From Patescibacteria group bacterium (GTDB taxonomy: Bacteria > Patescibacteriota > Minisyncoccia > Minisyncoccales > Staskawiczbacteraceae), in contig JAHJTG010000016.1 of NCBI GenBank assembly GCA_018829965.1, positions 157,537-221,536 on the forward strand: a stretch of 64,000 nt of DNA. Reading direction: 5' to 3'. This document shows, in pieces, positions 61,823 to 64,000 of the stretch; positions within the stretch are counted from its first letter, which is position 1, and every line of letters starts with the position of its first letter. The translations under genes were made by a program, and so were the position numbers. The notes beneath the pieces were generated by a model that was not told where the DNA came from, made no database searches, and saw only the letters and a program-made list of their open reading frames with translations.

Positions 61823-61844
61823 AAAAAATCCCCTTCGAGGGGGA
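61823..61844 (-). terminator. Putative intrinsic terminator
   Basis: In gene sense, TCCCC-CTCGAA-GGGGA (61844-61829) is followed by TTTTTT (61828-61823). Confidence 0.55.
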
Positions 61845-62005
61845 AAAATTCATCTAATCCAAAGATTAGATTGACCTTTTTCTTTGCTCGAAGAAATTAA
61901 AGTTAATTATATGGTATTCTGGCTTAGGAATTCTTTTAAAAATTCCGTTACAGTTGCGGCACAGCCCCGGATTTGAACCGGTGTTTCCCATTTATTTTAA
62001 AACGC
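61823..62005 (-). other. Candidate stand-alone small transcription unit: structured sRNA or 41-aa ORF (61866-61991)
   Basis: Bounded by a TTGACA-18 nt-TAGTAT promoter-like site and the terminator at 61823-61844. Three further hairpins lie at 61961-61986, 61927-61946 and 61853-61870. The ORF reads MGNTGSNPGLCRNCNGIFKRIPKPEYHIINFNFFEQRKRSI. Confidence 0.3.
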
Positions 62006-62013
62006 TTTTATAT

Positions 62014-62043
62014 ATACTATCTTTTTCTCAGCAAGGTTGTCAA
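62014..62043 (-). promoter_or_regulatory. Putative sigma70-type promoter (TTGACA, 18-nt spacer, TAGTAT)
   Basis: In gene sense, TTGACA lies at 62043-62038 and TAGTAT at 62019-62014. No experimental support. Confidence 0.3.
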
Positions 62044-62085
62044 GGAGTTTGCTTTTTATGTATTTAATTTATATCATAAAAATAT

Positions 62086-64000
62086 ATGCAAGACAATCTC
62101 CAAAGTAAGTTTTATTGGGTTTACTTAATCGGATTCTTTTTGATTGTATCTCTTCCTTTTTGGGCAATTCCTCCATTATTGCATCCTCCTGCCTGGGGAA
62201 AAACCATTGTTCTCAGAATTATTCTTTCCTGCTTGTTTTTCTTTTTTATTTACCAAGTTCTTTATAATAAGAATACTTTTGTTTTCGAAAAACTGAAGTC
62301 AAAACCAGTAAAAATAATATTGGGCATCTTGATAACTCTGCTAGTTCTTTTCTTGCTCGCAACCATTTTCTCCCAAGATGCCTATTTCAGTTTTTGGGGA
62401 AACCCATATCGCGCCGGCGGGTTTTTAAATTTTGCTTTTTATATAACTTTTGCGATTTTTGTATTTTTAATTCTAAAACCCCGCCACTGGAAATTGCTTT
62501 GGAACTTTTCTCTAGGGATAGCTTTATTAATATCACTTATTGCTTTACTCCAGCAATTTAACGCTTTTAAGGAATTTCTTGTGTCTTACAGCGCCAGATT
62601 ACCGGCAACCTTAGGTTCGGCAATTTTTTTAGCCATCTACCTTTCTTTTTTCGTATTTTTAAGCTTGTCTTTTGCGATTTTAGAGAAAAATAGAAAGAAA
62701 AAAATTCTCTATCTCCTTTCTTTTTTGATAATCGTTTTTGTTATTTTTCTTTCTGGCACAAGAGCTGTTTTTTTAGGGATAGCGCTGGCTTTTTTATATT
62801 TCATTTTATTTTACCCCGTTAGAAAATTGCCACCGCAAACCTCTAGTCCTCAAAACTATGAACAAGTTCCGCAAAATTCTAACGGGACAAAACAAGCACG
62901 GGGCATAAAAATTTTAAAGATTATAACACTGGCATTATTAGTTATTGGTATTTCAGGTATTTATTATTTAAACACCCCCTCTGAAAAAATTTCTTCCCAC
63001 CCTCTTGTAGTTAAAAACCAGGCTTTAACTACTATCGTCTCTAGAATTAAAATTAAACCATCCTTGGAAGACCCCCGTTTTGCTTATTGGAAAATGACGC
63101 TTCCAGCTATAAAAGAAAAACCTCTTTTAGGATACGGGCCTGAAAACTTCTCAATCGCTTTTGATAAATACTACGACCCTTCCCTGCCCTATATGGGTTA
63201 TGAAGTAGCCAAAGGTTGGACAGATAAAGCCCATGGCTTTATTTTTGAAACAGCAATTACTGCCGGAATTCCGGCTTTAATTGTTTATCTCTCACTTTTT
63301 GCCGTATTATTATGGCAACTCCAAAAATTAAAAAATCCGCATAAATCCGAGGAAATCAGCATAAATCAGCGTCCTATAATTATTCATAGCGTCCAAGCAA
63401 CTATTATTGCCTATTTTATAAGTATATTTTTAGGTTTTAACACCTTTGATACTTATCTCATATTCTTTCTCTTAGTAGGATACTGTTTATATTTAATTTT
63501 TTCTTCGAAAAAAGAAATCCTACTGAATCAAAATGAGAATAAACCAACTATTTCTTTACTATATAAATGGAGAAAAACTATAATCATTTTTCTTTTTATC
63601 TTTCTTTTATTATTTATCTGGCTCTATAATTTAAAACCTCTCCTTATCAACAAAGAACTAAATTGGGCCGAGTATTATTCAACAACTGGAAAATGCCAAC
63701 AAGCAATTGATAAGATGGAAAAAGTTTTGCCTTCCCACAGCATCATCAACCATTATGTGCTCCTGCAATATTCAGAAGTTCTTAAAGAATGCCAAATATT
63801 AAATCCGGAAGAAGAAACTAAATTTATCCAGAAATCGATTCAAGTTTTAGAAGAAGCCGCAAAATTGAGGCCGACCTATACTAGAACTTGGCTATTATTG
63901 GGAAGCTACTCTAATTTTGCCGTTGAAAATAATCCGAACCTAAAAAGCGAAGAAAAAAATGAACTTCTCTTAAAAGCCGACTCTTATTTTACAAAAGCTT
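62086..64000 (+). CDS. O-antigen ligase/polymerase-like (Wzy_C) polytopic membrane protein with C-terminal TPR-like region; 3' end beyond window
   Basis: Not in the track because it is open to the window edge. Hand translation from the ATG at 62086 gives MQDNLQSKFYWVYLIGFFLIVSLPFWAIPPLL... with many hydrophobic helices. It contains LSGTRAVFLGIALAF and PLLGYGPENF (Wzy_C-like). The last ~120 aa are soluble and helical (NKELNWAEYYSTTGKCQQAIDKMEKVL...). The in-frame stop at 62077-62079 fixes 62086 as the first ATG. Confidence 0.7.
   Translation, partial: MQDNLQSKFYWVYLIGFFLIVSLPFWAIPPLLHPPAWGKTIVLRIILSCLFFFFIYQVLYNKNTFVFEKLKSKPVKIILGILITLLVLFLLATIFSQDAYFSFWGNPYRAGGFLNFAFYITFAIFVFLILKPRHWKLLWNFSLGIALLISLIALLQQFNAFKEFLVSYSARLPATLGSAIFLAIYLSFFVFLSLSFAILEKNRKKKILYLLSFLIIVFVIFLSGTRAVFLGIALAFLYFILFYPVRKLPPQTSSPQNYEQVPQNSNGTKQARGIKILKIITLALLVIGISGIYYLNTPSEKISSHPLVVKNQALTTIVSRIKIKPSLEDPRFAYWKMTLPAIKEKPLLGYGPENFSIAFDKYYDPSLPYMGYEVAKGWTDKAHGFIFETAITAGIPALIVYLSLFAVLLWQLQKLKNPHKSEEISINQRPIIIHSVQATIIAYFISIFLGFNTFDTYLIFFLLVGYCLYLIFSSKKEILLNQNENKPTISLLYKWRKTIIIFLFIFLLLFIWLYNLKPLLINKELNWAEYYSTTGKCQQAIDKMEKVLPSHSIINHYVLLQYSEVLKECQILNPEEETKFIQKSIQVLEEAAKLRPTYTRTWLLLGSYSNFAVENNPNLKSEEKNELLLKADSYFTKA

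Noticed and set aside
61955-61990. tRNA-like T-arm (gene sense CACCGGTTCAAATCCGGGG followed by CTGTGCCGCA), possibly a tRNA gene or a tRNA 3' fragment marking an integration site
   Set aside because: I could not build a cloverleaf. There is no complementary 5' acceptor strand (GCACAGC) and no D or anticodon arms in the ~70 nt upstream, which are A/T-rich. There is no CCA, and the stem is better drawn as a simple bulged hairpin. No integrase is present. I kept it only as part of the candidate small transcription unit.
62042-62108. 16-codon upstream ORF (MYLIYIIKIYARQSPK) with AAGGAG 10 nt upstream, overlapping the start of the ligase-like gene, as a regulatory leader peptide
   Set aside because: It is a single occurrence with AT-rich composition, so chance ORFs are likely. 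The AAGGAG overlaps the opposite-strand TTGACA of the putative promoter. I cannot separate the two possibilities without comparative or ribosome-profiling data, so it is mentioned only within the ligase finding.

Overview
AT-rich (roughly one-third GC by eye, not computed) 64-kb bacterial window. Positions 1486-58335 form one almost gap-free minus-strand array of 55 genes, many with overlapping stop/start codons. They encode synthesis, heavy modification and ABC-type export of a cell-surface glycan. Contents: an initiating phosphoglycosyl transferase and a CapD/PglF-type dehydratase; eight recognisable glycosyltransferases (GT2, GT4, GT9, and one polytopic-membrane/GT4 fusion); an ADP-heptose module; CDP-3,6-dideoxyhexose genes (RfbF, RfbG-like, E1/RfbH); a pseudaminic-acid-like nonulosonate module (PseB/CapE-like dehydratase, PseC, NeuB, cytidylyltransferase); a second NeuB fused to a cupin; a ThDP enzyme; six radical-SAM enzymes (three B12-binding class B, three SPASM/twitch type); ten SAM methyltransferases; and Wzm/Wzt. 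Upstream lie a small HTH gene (58352-58600) and a three-gene putative corrinoid-capture module (58666-61739). That module comprises an S-component-like membrane protein, a cohesin-like/DUF4430 protein and an alpha/alpha-toroid/dockerin protein. The window edges carry a partial secreted metallopeptidase-like gene (2-1447, minus) and a partial O-antigen-ligase-like/TPR gene (62086-64000, plus). Non-coding highlights: an ~82-nt conserved leader element present four times, each abutting a sub-operon start codon and each with two covarying hairpins; a perfect 24-bp in-frame tandem repeat; an 11-bp x3 tandem repeat; and a promoter-to-terminator mini transcription unit (sRNA or 41-aa ORF). I saw no rRNA, complete tRNA, CRISPR array, transposase or integrase. 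The gene content is reminiscent of Patescibacteria/CPR-like small-genome bacteria, but that is inference only. All family assignments rest on motifs read from the translations; no database search was run.
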